A stretch of 64,000 nucleotides of DNA, from positions 672,001-736,000 of the forward strand of contig OZ219865.1 of the NCBI GenBank assembly GCA_964291675.2, written 5' to 3'. This document shows positions 17,034 through 28,351 of this stretch, piece by piece; within the stretch, counting starts at the first letter, position 1; each line of letters opens with the position of its first letter. Both the position numbers and the translations under genes were made by a program. A model generated the notes under the pieces. That model was not told the origin of the DNA, did not search any database, and saw only the letters and a list, made by a program, of their open reading frames with translations. Source of the stretch: Alphaproteobacteria bacterium. Lineage in GTDB: Bacteria; Pseudomonadota; Alphaproteobacteria; MPNO01.

Positions 17034-18368
17034 TCAGCCGTCCCCGTTGGCGTTTCGGCGCAGCCAGGCGTCGACCGCCTCCTCGACCGCCGGGCGCAGG
17101 CAAGCGACCGGCAGCGAGGTCAGCAGATCGGCGACGAAGGCGCGGGTGAGCAGGGCGCGGGCCTCCTCCTCGTCGATCCCGCGGGCCCGCAAATAGAACA
17201 GCGCGTCCCTGTCGAGGTCGCCCACGGTCGCGCCGTGGCTGCATTTCACGTCGTCGGCGAAGATGCGGAGCTCCGGCTTGTTCTGGGCCTCGGCGCCCGG
17301 CGACAGCAGCAGGCTGCGGCTCGATTGCCGGGCGTTGGTCTTCTGCGCGCAGCGTTCGACCACGACGCGGCCCTGGAACACGGTCCGGGCGTTGTCGTCG
17401 GCGACGTTGCGGAAAACCTGCTCGCTCCCGGTGTGCGGGGCGGCATGGGTGATCTCGGTGGTGTGGTCGACATGGCGGCGCGCATCGGCCAGCGCGCCGC
17501 CCGACAGGCTGCATTCCGCCCCCGCCCCCGAAAGCCGGACGACGAACTCGTTCCGCACCACCCGGCCCCCCAAAGTGATCGCCTGGGTCGCACAGCGCGC
17601 GTCGCGCGCGACATCCATCGTCATCCGGCCGGTGTGAACGGCGTCCGCGCCGTGCCGGACCAGCACTGCATGGCGCAGCCGGCCGCCCTGCCCGATCGCG
17701 CCTTCGAGCACCGAATTGGTCCAGCCGGCGCCCGGGCGGCCGACGAAGACCTCGACCAGCTCCGCTTCCGCGCCCGCGCCGAGCTTCAACACGCTCCGCG
17801 GATGGACCGCCCCGGCCGCGCCGCTGAGCAGGTGGACCACCAGGACGGGTCGTTCCAGCCTGACGCCGTCGGCCAGGTCGAGCACCACGCCGTCCCGGGC
17901 CATCGCGGCGTTGAGGGCCGCGAGCCCCTCCTGCCCCGCCCCGTTCCACTCGCCGAGCCCGGGGCCGAGGATCGCCGCGGCATCGTCGCTTCCATTGCCG
18001 AGACGGGCCGACAGCACGTCGAGCCGCGCCCCGGCGGGCGGCGCGCCGCGCCGCGACCGTGCGGCGTCGTAGCGCCCGTCGACGAAGACGATGCGCTCGG
18101 CGTCGAGCGCCGCGATGGACTCCGGCAGGGCCGGCGCGGCCCCGTCGCCGCCGCGCAGCGTTTCCCCGGCGAGATCGAGCCGGTCGAGCCGGCGCAGGTC
18201 GGTGTAGCGCCAGCCCTCGTCGCGCCGGCCGGGGAGCCCGGCGGCGGCGAAGCGCGCCATCGCCGCCTCGCGCAGCCTCGCGATCTCGGCATTGCCGTGC
18301 CCCGGCAGATCCGCGCGCGCCGCCGCGAAGGCGCGGGCGAAACGGCCGGTATCGGGCGCCTGGCTCAT
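17034..18368 (-). CDS. sufD: Fe-S cluster assembly protein SufD
   Basis: EGWRYT, KPELRIFADDVKCSHGAT, LFYLRARG. Confidence 0.95.
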   Translation of the reverse strand: MSQAPDTGRFARAFAAARADLPGHGNAEIARLREAAMARFAAAGLPGRRDEGWRYTDLRRLDRLDLAGETLRGGDGAAPALPESIAALDAERIVFVDGRYDAARSRRGAPPAGARLDVLSARLGNGSDDAAAILGPGLGEWNGAGQEGLAALNAAMARDGVVLDLADGVRLERPVLVVHLLSGAAGAVHPRSVLKLGAGAEAELVEVFVGRPGAGWTNSVLEGAIGQGGRLRHAVLVRHGADAVHTGRMTMDVARDARCATQAITLGGRVVRNEFVVRLSGAGAECSLSGGALADARRHVDHTTEITHAAPHTGSEQVFRNVADDNARTVFQGRVVVERCAQKTNARQSSRSLLLSPGAEAQNKPELRIFADDVKCSHGATVGDLDRDALFYLRARGIDEEEARALLTRAFVADLLTSLPVACLRPAVEEAVDAWLRRNANGDG

Positions 18369-18378
18369 CGCGCGCTCC

Positions 18379-19133
<755 letters not shown>

Positions 19134-19134
<1 letters not shown>

Positions 19135-20591
19135 CAGCCGACGCTCCCTTCGAGGCTCACGGCGAGCAGCTTCTGCGCCTCGACGGCGAACTCCATCGGC
19201 AGCTCGCGCAGCACCTCCTTGCAGAACCCGTTGACGATCAGCGACACCGCCTCCTCCGGGTCGAGCCCGCGCTGCAGGCAGTAGAACAGCTGGTCCTCGC
19301 TGATCTTCGATGTCGTCGCCTCGTGCTCGACATTGGCCGAGGGGTCGCCGACCTCGATATAGGGCACCGTGTGGGCGCCGCAGGTCTCGCCGATCAGGAG
19401 CGAATCGCACTGGGTGAAGTTGCGCGCGCCCTCGGCCGAGCCCCTGACCTTGACCAGCCCGCGATAGGTGTTCTGCCCGTGCCCGGCCGAGATGCCCTTG
19501 GAGATGATGGTGCTCGACGAGTTGCGCCCGAGATGGATCATCTTGGTGCCGGTATCGGCCTGCTGGTAGTTGTTGGTGATGGCGACCGAGTAGAACGCGC
19601 CCACCGTGTCGTCGCCCTCCAGCACGCAGCTCGGGTATTTCCAGGTGATCGCCGATCCGGTCTCGACCTGGGTCCAGGTGATCTTGGCCCGGTCGCCGCG
19701 GCAGGCGCCGCGCTTGGTGACGAAATTGTAGATGCCGCCCTTGCCGTCCTCGTCGCCGGGGTACCAGTTCTGCACCGTCGAATACTTGATCTCGGCGTCG
19801 TCCAGCGCGATCAGCTCGACCACCGCGGCGTGGAGCTGGTTCTCGTCGCGCATCGGCGCGGTGCAGCCTTCGAGATAGCTCACATAGGAGCCCTCGTCGG
19901 CGACGATCAGGGTGCGTTCGAACTGCCCGGTCTTGGCCGCGTTGATGCGGAAATAGGTGCTGAGCTCCATCGGGCAGCGCACGCCCTTCGGCACGTAGAC
20001 GAAGGTGCCGTCGCTGAACACCGCCGAATTCAGGGTGGCGAAGAAATTGTCGGCCACCGGCACCACGCTGCCGAGATACTTGCGCACCAGGCCCGGGTGG
20101 TTCTGCACCGCCTCCGAGATCGGGCAGAAGATGACGCCCGCCTCCTCCAGCTTCTCCTTGAAGGTGGTGGCGACCGAGACGCTGTCGAACACGGCATCGA
20201 CGGCGACGCCGGCGAGCGCCGCGCGCTCGTGCAGCGGGATGCCGAGCTTCTCGTAGGTCTCCAGCAGCTTGGGGTCGACCTCGTCGAGGCTCTTGGGCGC
20301 GTCGTCCGGGTTCTTGGGCGCGGCGTAGTAATAGGCGTCCTGGTAGTCGATCGGCGGGTAGTCGACGAAGGCCCATTCCGGCTCGTCCATGGTCCGCCAC
20401 TGCCGGAACGCCTGCAGACGCCATTCGAGCAGCCAGGCCGGCTCGTCCTTCTTGGCCGAGATGAAGCGGACGATGTCGTCGTCGAGCCCCTTGGGCGCGA
20501 ACTCCGACTCGATCTCGGTGACGAAGCCGTACTTGTACGGCGCGTCGGTGACCTCGGCGATTACCGCCGTCGATTCGCTCGTTTCGGCCAT
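19134..20591 (-). CDS. sufB: Fe-S cluster assembly protein SufB
   Basis: [31 protein letters not shown]. Confidence 0.97.
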
Positions 20592-20597
20592 TCTTCC

Positions 20598-21047
20598 CTA
20601 CTCCGCCCGCACCTCGACCGGCGTTCGACCGGCGAAGGCCGCGTGCGGCACCGCCATCTCGGCCAGCGAGACCGAGGACAGCGCGTCGACCATCGCCCGG
20701 TTGATGCTCTGCCAGTTGGTGCGCGTCGGGCACAGCGCCTCGATCTCGCAGACCAGCCCGTCGGGGCCGATGCAGTCGGTGAGCGCGATCGGCCCGTCGA
20801 CCGCGCCGATCACGTCGGCCATGGTGATGCCGTCCGCCTGCCGCGCCAGCAGGTAGCCGCCCTTGTTGCCCCGGTAGGAGACCAGCAGCTCGGCGTGGGC
20901 CAGCAATTTCAGGATCTTGCTCACCGTGGGCTGCGGCAGGCCGCAGGACTGCGCCAGCTCGCCCGCGGTGCGCAGCGCGTCGGGCTCGCGCGCGAGCTGG
21001 GTCATCAGCACAACGGCGTAGTCGGCCATGCGGCTGAGCTTGATCAT
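20598..21047 (-). CDS. Rrf2-family SUF system regulator
   Basis: LSRMADYAV, SYRGNKGGY, three C-terminal Cys; first gene of suf operon. Confidence 0.92.
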   Translation of the reverse strand: MIKLSRMADYAVVLMTQLAREPDALRTAGELAQSCGLPQPTVSKILKLLAHAELLVSYRGNKGGYLLARQADGITMADVIGAVDGPIALTDCIGPDGLVCEIEALCPTRTNWQSINRAMVDALSSVSLAEMAVPHAAFAGRTPVEVRAE

Positions 21048-21077
21048 CGGTCCACCCGCGAACGACCGCGATCCGGC

Positions 21078-21132
21078 AAATAGGACCGCTTCGGTACGGT
21101 TGGGAAAATAGTGCGCGGTTCGGCAGTGTCAA
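21078..21132 (-). promoter_or_regulatory. Candidate suf promoter and Rrf2 operator
   Basis: Minus-strand TTGACA (21127-21132) N16 TATTTT (21105-21110); imperfect palindrome AAATAGGACC-N5-GGTACGGTT downstream. Confidence 0.5.
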
Positions 21133-21175
21133 CGGCCCCGTCCGCCCCGAGGCCCGCAAGGCGGCCGGGGGGACG

Positions 21176-22201
21176 TCAGCTCGGCAGGAATTTCTCGCTG
21201 TGGATCGAGGCCGGATCGACCCCGGCGCCGGCGAGCCAGTCGGTGGCGGCATCGATCATCGGCGGCGGGCCGCAGAGATAGGCGTCGCAATCGCCGGCGT
21301 TCAGAATCTCCGGCCGCAACAGTGTCGTGATGTGCCCGGTGGGCCCGGACCACCCCTCCCCGCCTTCGACGACGCAGAGCTCGACGGTGAGGTCGAGCCC
21401 GCGCCCGGCGCAGGCATCGAGCGCATCGAGAGAGAACAGCTCCGCCGGGCTATTGGCACCGTAGAGCAGGCGGATCGGCTGGTCCGTCGCGCCGGTCGCC
21501 AGCATGTGGTCGAACATCGAGAGCATCGGCGCGAGCCCGGTGCCGCCGGCCACCATGACGATCGGCCGGCTCGGCGGGCGCAGATAGAAGCGGCCGAACG
21601 GGCCGGTCACCGGCATCGCGTCGCCCGGTCGCGCCGGCCCGGCGACATAGCCGCTCATCGCGCCCTCCTCCAGCACCTTGATGAAGAAGGTGTAGCGCCC
21701 GGTCTCCCCGGGCGGGTTGGCGAAGGAGTAGGAGCGCACGGCGTCGGTCCCCGGCACGCCGAGATGGACGTATTGCCCGGGCATGAAGGCCAGCGGCCCG
21801 TGCTCGCCGTCCTCGGGCTCGACCACCAGCCGGACCACGCTCTCCGCCACGGTCTCGATCTCGGCGACGCGGGCCATGCGCGTGACCGGCGGTGCCTTGA
21901 GCGAGAACGTCGACGGGTAGGGATATTCTATTACGCAGTCCGACAGCACGTGCATCTGGCAGGTCAGCACCTCGCGCCTCGCCGCCTCCTCGGCGCTCAG
22001 CGCGTCCTCGCTGTACTCGTCGAGGCGGTACGCGCCCGAGGTGCAGACCCCCTTGCAGGTCGCGCAGGCGCCTTCGAGGCAGTCGGTCTCGATGCGGATG
22101 CGGTGCTTGAGCGCGGCCAGGTAGATCGTGTCGTGCTCTTCGGCCTGGATGCGCGCGATGCGCCCGTCGTCGAAGACCAGGGTGACGGTATGGGCGGTCA
22201 T
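21176..22201 (-). CDS. Ring-hydroxylating dioxygenase reductase (BenC/XylZ-like; 2Fe-2S + FAD/NAD)
   Basis: CLEGACATCK, RSYS, GGTGLAP, YLCGPPPM, EKF. Confidence 0.92.
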   Translation of the reverse strand: MTAHTVTLVFDDGRIARIQAEEHDTIYLAALKHRIRIETDCLEGACATCKGVCTSGAYRLDEYSEDALSAEEAARREVLTCQMHVLSDCVIEYPYPSTFSLKAPPVTRMARVAEIETVAESVVRLVVEPEDGEHGPLAFMPGQYVHLGVPGTDAVRSYSFANPPGETGRYTFFIKVLEEGAMSGYVAGPARPGDAMPVTGPFGRFYLRPPSRPIVMVAGGTGLAPMLSMFDHMLATGATDQPIRLLYGANSPAELFSLDALDACAGRGLDLTVELCVVEGGEGWSGPTGHITTLLRPEILNAGDCDAYLCGPPPMIDAATDWLAGAGVDPASIHSEKFLPS

Positions 22202-23229
22202 GGCACGAGGACGGGCTTGAGCGCTTCGCCGTCGCGGATCAGCTCGAACCCGCGCGGCGCCTCGGAGAGCGGGAGCGTATGGCTCCGCACCGGGGCGAGG
22301 TCGATCGTCCCCGCCGCCAGGAGCTCGGTCGCGCGCTGCCAGGTCTGCCAGATCAGCCGGCCGTGAATGTTTTGCATCGCCGGGCATTTGAGCAGCCAAT
22401 GGGTGAAGTCGACGGGAATCGCGGCGGGCGGCGCGCCGACCAGCCGGAAATCGCCGCCCTTGGCGAGCGCCTGGAAGACCGCGTTGAAGCCGGCCTCGCT
22501 GCCGGAAAACTCGATCCCCACATCGACCCCGGCCTCGCCGGTCATGTCGCGGGCGACCCGGGCCGGGTCCTCGCTGCCGGCATCGACCGCGCGGTCGGCG
22601 CCCATTCTCTCGGCGGCGCGGAGACGCAGCTTGTTGATGTCGCAGGCGATCACCCGCGCCGCGCCGAGCGCGCGGGCGACCGCGACGGCCATCAGCCCGA
22701 TCGGCCCGCAGCCGTTGACCAGCACCGCGAGCCCGGACACCCCCGCCCCGGCCAGGCAGGCATGCACCGCGATGCCGAAGGGCTCCAGCATCGCCGCCGT
22801 CTCGTGCGGCAGCTCCGGCGGGTTGACCCAGGCGATCGAGGCCGGAACGGTGAGGTACTCGGCGAAGGCGCCGTCGATGTCGATCCCCGGATAGCGCGTC
22901 GCCTCGCAGAGATGGGCGCGCCCCAGCCGGCAGGGCCGGCAAATTCCGCAGAAGATGTGGCTCTCCAGGCTCACCCGGTCGCCGACCGCGACGGTCTCGA
23001 CCCCTTGCCCCGCCGCCTCGACGGTGCCCGAGACCTCGTGGCCGAGCACGCGCGGCAGCGCCATGCGCCGCGCCATGCGTGGCGCCCAGTTGTAGATCTG
23101 CATGTCGGTGCCGCAGATCCCGGCCGCCCCCACCCGGATCGAGATCTCGCCCGGCCCGGGCTCGCGCGGGTCGGCCTCGCGGAGCGCGATTCCGCCGATC
23201 TCCGGGGCGATCTTCTGCAGGCTCAGCAA
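22198..23229 (-). CDS. Zn-dependent dehydrogenase (threonine dehydrogenase-like MDR)
   Basis: GICGTD, GHE, CGICRPC..G...C, GCGPIG. Confidence 0.9.
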   Translation of the reverse strand: MLSLQKIAPEIGGIALREADPREPGPGEISIRVGAAGICGTDMQIYNWAPRMARRMALPRVLGHEVSGTVEAAGQGVETVAVGDRVSLESHIFCGICRPCRLGRAHLCEATRYPGIDIDGAFAEYLTVPASIAWVNPPELPHETAAMLEPFGIAVHACLAGAGVSGLAVLVNGCGPIGLMAVAVARALGAARVIACDINKLRLRAAERMGADRAVDAGSEDPARVARDMTGEAGVDVGIEFSGSEAGFNAVFQALAKGGDFRLVGAPPAAIPVDFTHWLLKCPAMQNIHGRLIWQTWQRATELLAAGTIDLAPVRSHTLPLSEAPRGFELIRDGEALKPVLVP

Positions 23230-23235
23230 CGTCTT

Positions 23236-23742
23236 CTACAAATGGTAGATGTCGATCGGCCCTTCGAGCCGGTCGTCGATGAAGGTGATCTTCTTGCGCG
23301 CGATCTTGAGCGCGCCGTCATCGCGCCGGAACTCGAAGTCGTACAGGCTGCCGCGCGTCGCCGCCCCCTTCTTGCCGTAGACGTGGACGATGCAGTTGGC
23401 GGACGCCTCGATGCGGTCTTCCCCGGCGCTCTCGACCAGGATGTTGCCGATCAGGTGCACCGTCCGGTCGAGCGGCACCGAGGCGTAGGAATCGCGCGAC
23501 TCGATTCGGAAAACCCGGTCCTCCAGCCCGCCCCGGTTCCTGAGATAGATCAGGTTGAGCTGGGTGTCGGGGTCGGTGGTGGTCTCCTCCTCGCTTGCCC
23601 AGGCGGGCACCCAGTAGACCGCGTCCTCGGTGTAGAGGTCGATCCACTCGTCCCAGCGCCGCCGATCGAGCAGCATCGCCTCGCGGTTGATCAGCGCCGC
23701 GACCTCGCGTTCGAGCCCGGCGTCGGTCCCGTCCGTGCTCAT
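23236..23742 (-). CDS. Ring-hydroxylating dioxygenase beta subunit (BenB-like)
   Basis: REAMLLD..RWDEW, YWVPAW, GLEDRVFRI, IDIYHL. Confidence 0.92.
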   Translation of the reverse strand: MSTDGTDAGLEREVAALINREAMLLDRRRWDEWIDLYTEDAVYWVPAWASEEETTTDPDTQLNLIYLRNRGGLEDRVFRIESRDSYASVPLDRTVHLIGNILVESAGEDRIEASANCIVHVYGKKGAATRGSLYDFEFRRDDGALKIARKKITFIDDRLEGPIDIYHL

Positions 23743-25076
23743 CCGGCGGCGTTCCCGTTCTCCATGCGCTCGACCCAGGCGCGGTAGAAGCCGTGGAACA
23801 GCCCCTCGTGATCCCAGTCGGGACAGCACCCGGCGGGCTCGAAGCCGAGATCGCGGGCATCCCGGTCGGCACCGACCACCAGGTCCCGGAGCCCGCGGGT
23901 CATGTCGTTCCAGCGGCTGAGACGCCCGAAGGAGCCGTCCTGGACCGATTCCAGCGCCGCGATGTCGTCCGACGTCGCCATGCCGGCGGTCAGGTAGAAG
24001 TCCTCGAATTTGCGGAGCCGCGCGGCGCGCGCCGTGCCGCTCTCGCCCTTGGGCGCGATGCAATAGACCGTGACCTCGGCGAGGTCGGGCGAGAGCGGCT
24101 TCATCAGCCGGATCTGCGTCGACGGGTTGTCCATCAGCATCACGTTGGGGAACAGATACAGGTTGCGGCCCCGGTGGAGGATCCAGTCGACATCGACGGG
24201 ATCGAGGTTCTCTTCCAGCCAGTCCTTCGCCTCGTATATCGGGCGGACATGCGGCGTCGTGTGCAGCGCCCAGATCGACATGTGGCCGTTGCCGAGGTCG
24301 TAGGCGCCGGTCGGCACGTTGCCCTTGATGCGCCCCGACTCGGTGCGCCGCATGCCGGCCGTCGCATCGCGCGTCTCGCGGTGGGAAATCGTCGAGGCGA
24401 ACACCCGGTGGACCGTCGACACGTGATAGCCGTCGACGCTGTTCTCGGCCTGCAGCTTCCAGTTGCCGCGGATCATGTAGGTCGACGAGCCCGGCACCAC
24501 CTCGAGCCCGTTCTGCGCCTGGTCGGCCAGCAGGTCGATCCAGCGCGCGGCGGCGCCGAGATGGTCCTTTAGAGGCGGCACGTCGCCGGTCAGGCTGCCG
24601 AACACGAACCCCTTGTAGGAGCCGAGCGCGCCGATCCGGCGCAGGTTGAAGCGCTCGCGCGAGAAGTCCGGGTCGGGGAAGCCCGATTCCTCGTTCTTGA
24701 TCCTGATGCAACGCCCGCCGAGATCGTAGGCCCAGCCGTGGAAGCGGCAGGTGAGCGCCCGCGCGCTGCCCTGCTTGAAGGGCGTCAGAATCGCGCCGCG
24801 ATGCGAGCACGCGTTGATGAAGCAGCCGAGCGAGCCGTCCTTCTGGCGCATGACGAAGACCGGCTGGCGGCCGATCTCGGTGGCGAAGTAATCGCCCGGG
24901 TTCTCCACCTGCCCCTCGTGGCAGAGGAACACCCAGCCGCCCTCGAAGATGCGCTCGATCTCGGCCTCGAAAATCCCTTGGTCGGTGTAGATCGACCGGT
25001 CGACCCGGAAGACCCCCTCGTCGACCCGGTCATCGACCAGCTCGCGGAAGCTCTCTCGACAGTCGGTTCCGTCCAT
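23739..25076 (-). CDS. Ring-hydroxylating dioxygenase alpha subunit (BenA/AntA-like)
   Basis: Rieske CSHRG...CRFHGW; NWKLQAEN..DGYHVSTVH; GMATSDD. Confidence 0.93.
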   Translation of the reverse strand: MDGTDCRESFRELVDDRVDEGVFRVDRSIYTDQGIFEAEIERIFEGGWVFLCHEGQVENPGDYFATEIGRQPVFVMRQKDGSLGCFINACSHRGAILTPFKQGSARALTCRFHGWAYDLGGRCIRIKNEESGFPDPDFSRERFNLRRIGALGSYKGFVFGSLTGDVPPLKDHLGAAARWIDLLADQAQNGLEVVPGSSTYMIRGNWKLQAENSVDGYHVSTVHRVFASTISHRETRDATAGMRRTESGRIKGNVPTGAYDLGNGHMSIWALHTTPHVRPIYEAKDWLEENLDPVDVDWILHRGRNLYLFPNVMLMDNPSTQIRLMKPLSPDLAEVTVYCIAPKGESGTARAARLRKFEDFYLTAGMATSDDIAALESVQDGSFGRLSRWNDMTRGLRDLVVGADRDARDLGFEPAGCCPDWDHEGLFHGFYRAWVERMENGNAAG

Positions 25077-25173
25077 CTTCCCCTCCGTTCGTCCCACAGC
25101 CTCGCGGATATGGCCGGCCCCCGCAGTATTTAGCAAACGACGGCGAAGCGGTGAAGGCGAAGCCTCGCCGGCC

Positions 25174-26085
25174 TCAGCCCAGCAGGTCGCAGGCGAGCCT
25201 GGCGGCCGCCACGTCCATGATGGCGATGCCGACCGTGTCGTAGACCGCGGTCGCGCCGGCCGGGACGGTCCTTTCGCCGGACAGGATTTCGCCGAGCTCG
25301 GCGAAGATCGCGCAGCCCGAGCCCCGCACGTTGCCGGACTGGTCGCGCGCGGCATCGCGGGAATCGACGACCACCGTATTGGCCATCGCCGCGTCGTCGA
25401 GCTCGCGCCCGTCCCTGCCGTTCCAGCCGACGGCGGCAACGAAGGCGCCGGGTTTCAGCCAAGCCCCGCGCAATATCGGCTCGGTCGCCGATGTCGTGCA
25501 GGCGACGATGTCGGCGTCGCGCACCGCGCTCCCGGCATCGGCCACGAAGACCGCGCCGATCTCCTCGGCGCAGGCGCGGCCGGCGACCTCGGAGCGCGCC
25601 CACAGCCGGAGCTCGCCGAGCGGCCGCACGGCGGCGAGCGCGCTCGCGTGGGCGCGCGCCTGGACGCCGCTCCCCATGATCGTGGTCACCCCGGGGCTCT
25701 CGACGGCGAGCCTGCGCGCCGCCGCGGCGGAGCCCGCCGCCGTCCTCATCTCGGTGATCAGGCGGCCGTCGAGCGCGGCGACCGGCGAGCCGTTGTCCCG
25801 GTCGAAGACCAGGATTACCGCCTGGTGGGTCGGGATGCCGGTACCCGCATTGCCGTGAAAGAGGGTGACGACCTTGACCGCCATCGCCTCGCCGATCGCC
25901 GGCATCGCGCCCATGAAGGCGTCCTGGCCGGGGACCGGCAGCATCTGGCGCACCGGCTGCACCACCTCGCCGGCGGAGAACGCGATCATCGCCCGCTCCA
26001 GGGCATCGATCAGAACGGGCCAGTCGAGCACTTCGGCGATCGCCGCCTCGCTGTAGAACGGCAGCGCTTCCAGAGCCTTCGCCAT
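25174..26085 (-). CDS. Ornithine cyclodeaminase/mu-crystallin family protein
   Basis: VKVVT, ITEMRTAAGS, GSGVQAR, VGIAIMD. Confidence 0.92.
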   Translation of the reverse strand: MAKALEALPFYSEAAIAEVLDWPVLIDALERAMIAFSAGEVVQPVRQMLPVPGQDAFMGAMPAIGEAMAVKVVTLFHGNAGTGIPTHQAVILVFDRDNGSPVAALDGRLITEMRTAAGSAAAARRLAVESPGVTTIMGSGVQARAHASALAAVRPLGELRLWARSEVAGRACAEEIGAVFVADAGSAVRDADIVACTTSATEPILRGAWLKPGAFVAAVGWNGRDGRELDDAAMANTVVVDSRDAARDQSGNVRGSGCAIFAELGEILSGERTVPAGATAVYDTVGIAIMDVAAARLACDLLG

Positions 26086-26227
26086 CCGATCCCCCTCCGC
26101 GCGGGTCGCGCCGACCGGGGCGATGCGGAAGACCGCTCCTATTCCCTGGCGGCCCGGCCGGGCGCGCTCGAACCCGCCGTCAACATGTCAACACGGCGCG
26201 GCCCGTTGCAAGTCCCGTCACGACGCC

Positions 26228-27172
26228 TCAGCGCGCAATCCTGTCGAACACCGCCAGCAGGGCTTCCGGCTGCGCGAAGAACGGCGAGTGGCTGCCCGGC
26301 ATCCGGTGCACGGTGGTCTTGCCGCCGATGCCCGACGCATCGACCAGCTCGACCATCCGGTCCTGCGCGACCGCGGGGATCGCCCTGTCGTCCGCCAGGT
26401 GGATGTAGTGGCGCGCCACCTTTCCGTACCTGGCCGCGCTGACCGCCATCGGCACGCCCGCCGTCGAGGCGACCTCGTCGCAGTGCAGCAGGTTGGCGAT
26501 CGCCGCGAAATGACCGTCCGAGACGTCGTGATAGAAGGCGTGCTTCGCCTTGGCGACATAGTCCGGGTCCTGCGAGCGCGGATCGATGCGGAGCCCGCCG
26601 GTCTGGGCGGGATCGGCCATGAACAGCGGCGCGACCTGCCCGGTCTTGAAGCTGGGATCGCCCAGCATGGCTCCCGCCGTCATGCCGTTGGGCAGCATGA
26701 AGGCCGTCAGGTAGACGACGGCATGCAGCTTGTCCGGCACGGCTTCCGCGACATGGGAGATCGTGATCCCGCCCCATGAATGTCCGACGATCGCCACCTT
26801 GCCGTTGCCGAGCCCGGCGGCGTGGTTGACCGCGTCAATCGCAGCCTGGGTACGGTCCTTCTGGGTGACGCCGGCGACCGGCGACTTCTCGGTCGCGAAC
26901 GCGGCCTTGTCGAGCGGCCGCCTCAGAAAGGATTGCGGAAAGCGCGTGCGCGTGCCCGCACCCGGCAGATCGATGGCGATAGACGCATAGCCCGCCTTGG
27001 CCAGCAGCGGCGTCATCTCGTTCCACGTCCATGCGCCGTGCCACGAGCCGTGGATCAGCACGAAGGCGGGACGGTCGCTTCCGGCGGCCAGAGCGGCACC
27101 GGGCGAGGCCGACAAGAACGCTGTCGCGGCCGAGCCGAGAGCGGCGGTCTTCAGGACGTCGCGGCGTTTCAT
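26228..27172 (-). CDS. Tat-exported alpha/beta hydrolase (methylesterase-like)
   Basis: MKRRDVLK twin-arginine signal; LIHGSWHGAWTW, GHSWGG, SHSPF. Confidence 0.88.
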   Translation of the reverse strand: MKRRDVLKTAALGSAATAFLSASPGAALAAGSDRPAFVLIHGSWHGAWTWNEMTPLLAKAGYASIAIDLPGAGTRTRFPQSFLRRPLDKAAFATEKSPVAGVTQKDRTQAAIDAVNHAAGLGNGKVAIVGHSWGGITISHVAEAVPDKLHAVVYLTAFMLPNGMTAGAMLGDPSFKTGQVAPLFMADPAQTGGLRIDPRSQDPDYVAKAKHAFYHDVSDGHFAAIANLLHCDEVASTAGVPMAVSAARYGKVARHYIHLADDRAIPAVAQDRMVELVDASGIGGKTTVHRMPGSHSPFFAQPEALLAVFDRIAR

Positions 27173-27382
27173 GAATGCCTCCTTCCAAAGTGGACCGGCC
27201 ATGCTATGGGCATCCCGGTGGCCGGTCTTTGACCGGACATGCACGAGTCTTGCATCGGGCGAACGGCAGCGGTTCGACCGGGCAATCTCGCGGCCGAATT
27301 CCGGCGACAGGGCGCCGTTCCGCGAATTGTCGCGCGTTCGTTGGGCGGCTACACTCCGGTCCACAATTCGCAGGGTCAGAAC

Positions 27383-28330
27383 ATGGCTGCGTCAGTCGAC
27401 CTTTGCTGGGACACGACGCACGTCCGCCCGGACGAACGATTCTCCTACTTCGTCGAAGGCATTTGTCGGGCCTTCACCCATCTCGACCCCGAGCTGTCCG
27501 ACCCGGAGTTGGATTTCTTCGCCCGCATCCATCATCGCGAGGCCGGTGCCTCGGCGATCACCCATCTCAGCAGCTCGAAATACATCAGCCGGCGTCTGCC
27601 TGCGGGCATCGCCCGCTGTCCGGATCACGACTTCTACCTGAACGTCGTTGCCACCGGCACGATCCAAGGGCGCCAGGCGGACCGCGAACGGACGGTTTCG
27701 CGCGGCGACATCTTCATCCTCGACAACGCCTCGCCCTTCGAGCTCGTGCTGCGCTCGAACGGGATGTTGGACACGCATGTCGTCCGTCTGCGCCGCACGC
27801 GGTGCCTGGAAGACCGCGGCGCGGCGTTGCTCGACTTCGGCCGACGGCACGCCGGGCATCGCCTGATGCCGATCCTGCGCATGAACCTGCTTCAGCTCGC
27901 CCGTACCGGAGACACGGCAAGCGATGCGGAGATCGACTATTTCGGCGCCGCCGCGGCGCGTCTCGTCGACCTGATTCTCAGCGCCGACAGCGCCGAGAGC
28001 GTACCCGCCGCCTCGGCAGAGGCATGGCGCCTGATCCGGGCGGAAATCGATCGCCACATCGCCGACCAGGACTTCACCCTCGCGGGCCTCGCGGCGGGTC
28101 TCGGCGTTTCCCCCCGCTACGTCCAGAAAGTCTGCGCCGCGCGGGACTGCACGTTCTCCGATTACCTGCGGGAACGCCGGCTGTCGCTGGCCGCGCGCCG
28201 GCTGGAGACCGGCAGGGGGCATGCGAGCATCGAAACCATCGCCCATGAAAGCGGGTTCCGGGACCTGTCGACCTTCTACCGGTCGTTCAAGCGACACTAC
28301 GGCACGACGCCCGGAAGCTACCGCCATTGA
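27383..28330 (+). CDS. AraC-family regulator (FeaR-like)
   Basis: C-terminal LGVSPRYVQK...IAHESGFRDLSTFYRSFKRHYGTTP. Confidence 0.92.
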   Translation: MAASVDLCWDTTHVRPDERFSYFVEGICRAFTHLDPELSDPELDFFARIHHREAGASAITHLSSSKYISRRLPAGIARCPDHDFYLNVVATGTIQGRQADRERTVSRGDIFILDNASPFELVLRSNGMLDTHVVRLRRTRCLEDRGAALLDFGRRHAGHRLMPILRMNLLQLARTGDTASDAEIDYFGAAAARLVDLILSADSAESVPAASAEAWRLIRAEIDRHIADQDFTLAGLAAGLGVSPRYVQKVCAARDCTFSDYLRERRLSLAARRLETGRGHASIETIAHESGFRDLSTFYRSFKRHYGTTPGSYRH

Positions 28331-28351
28331 CCGTTCGACGCGGAACGCGCT

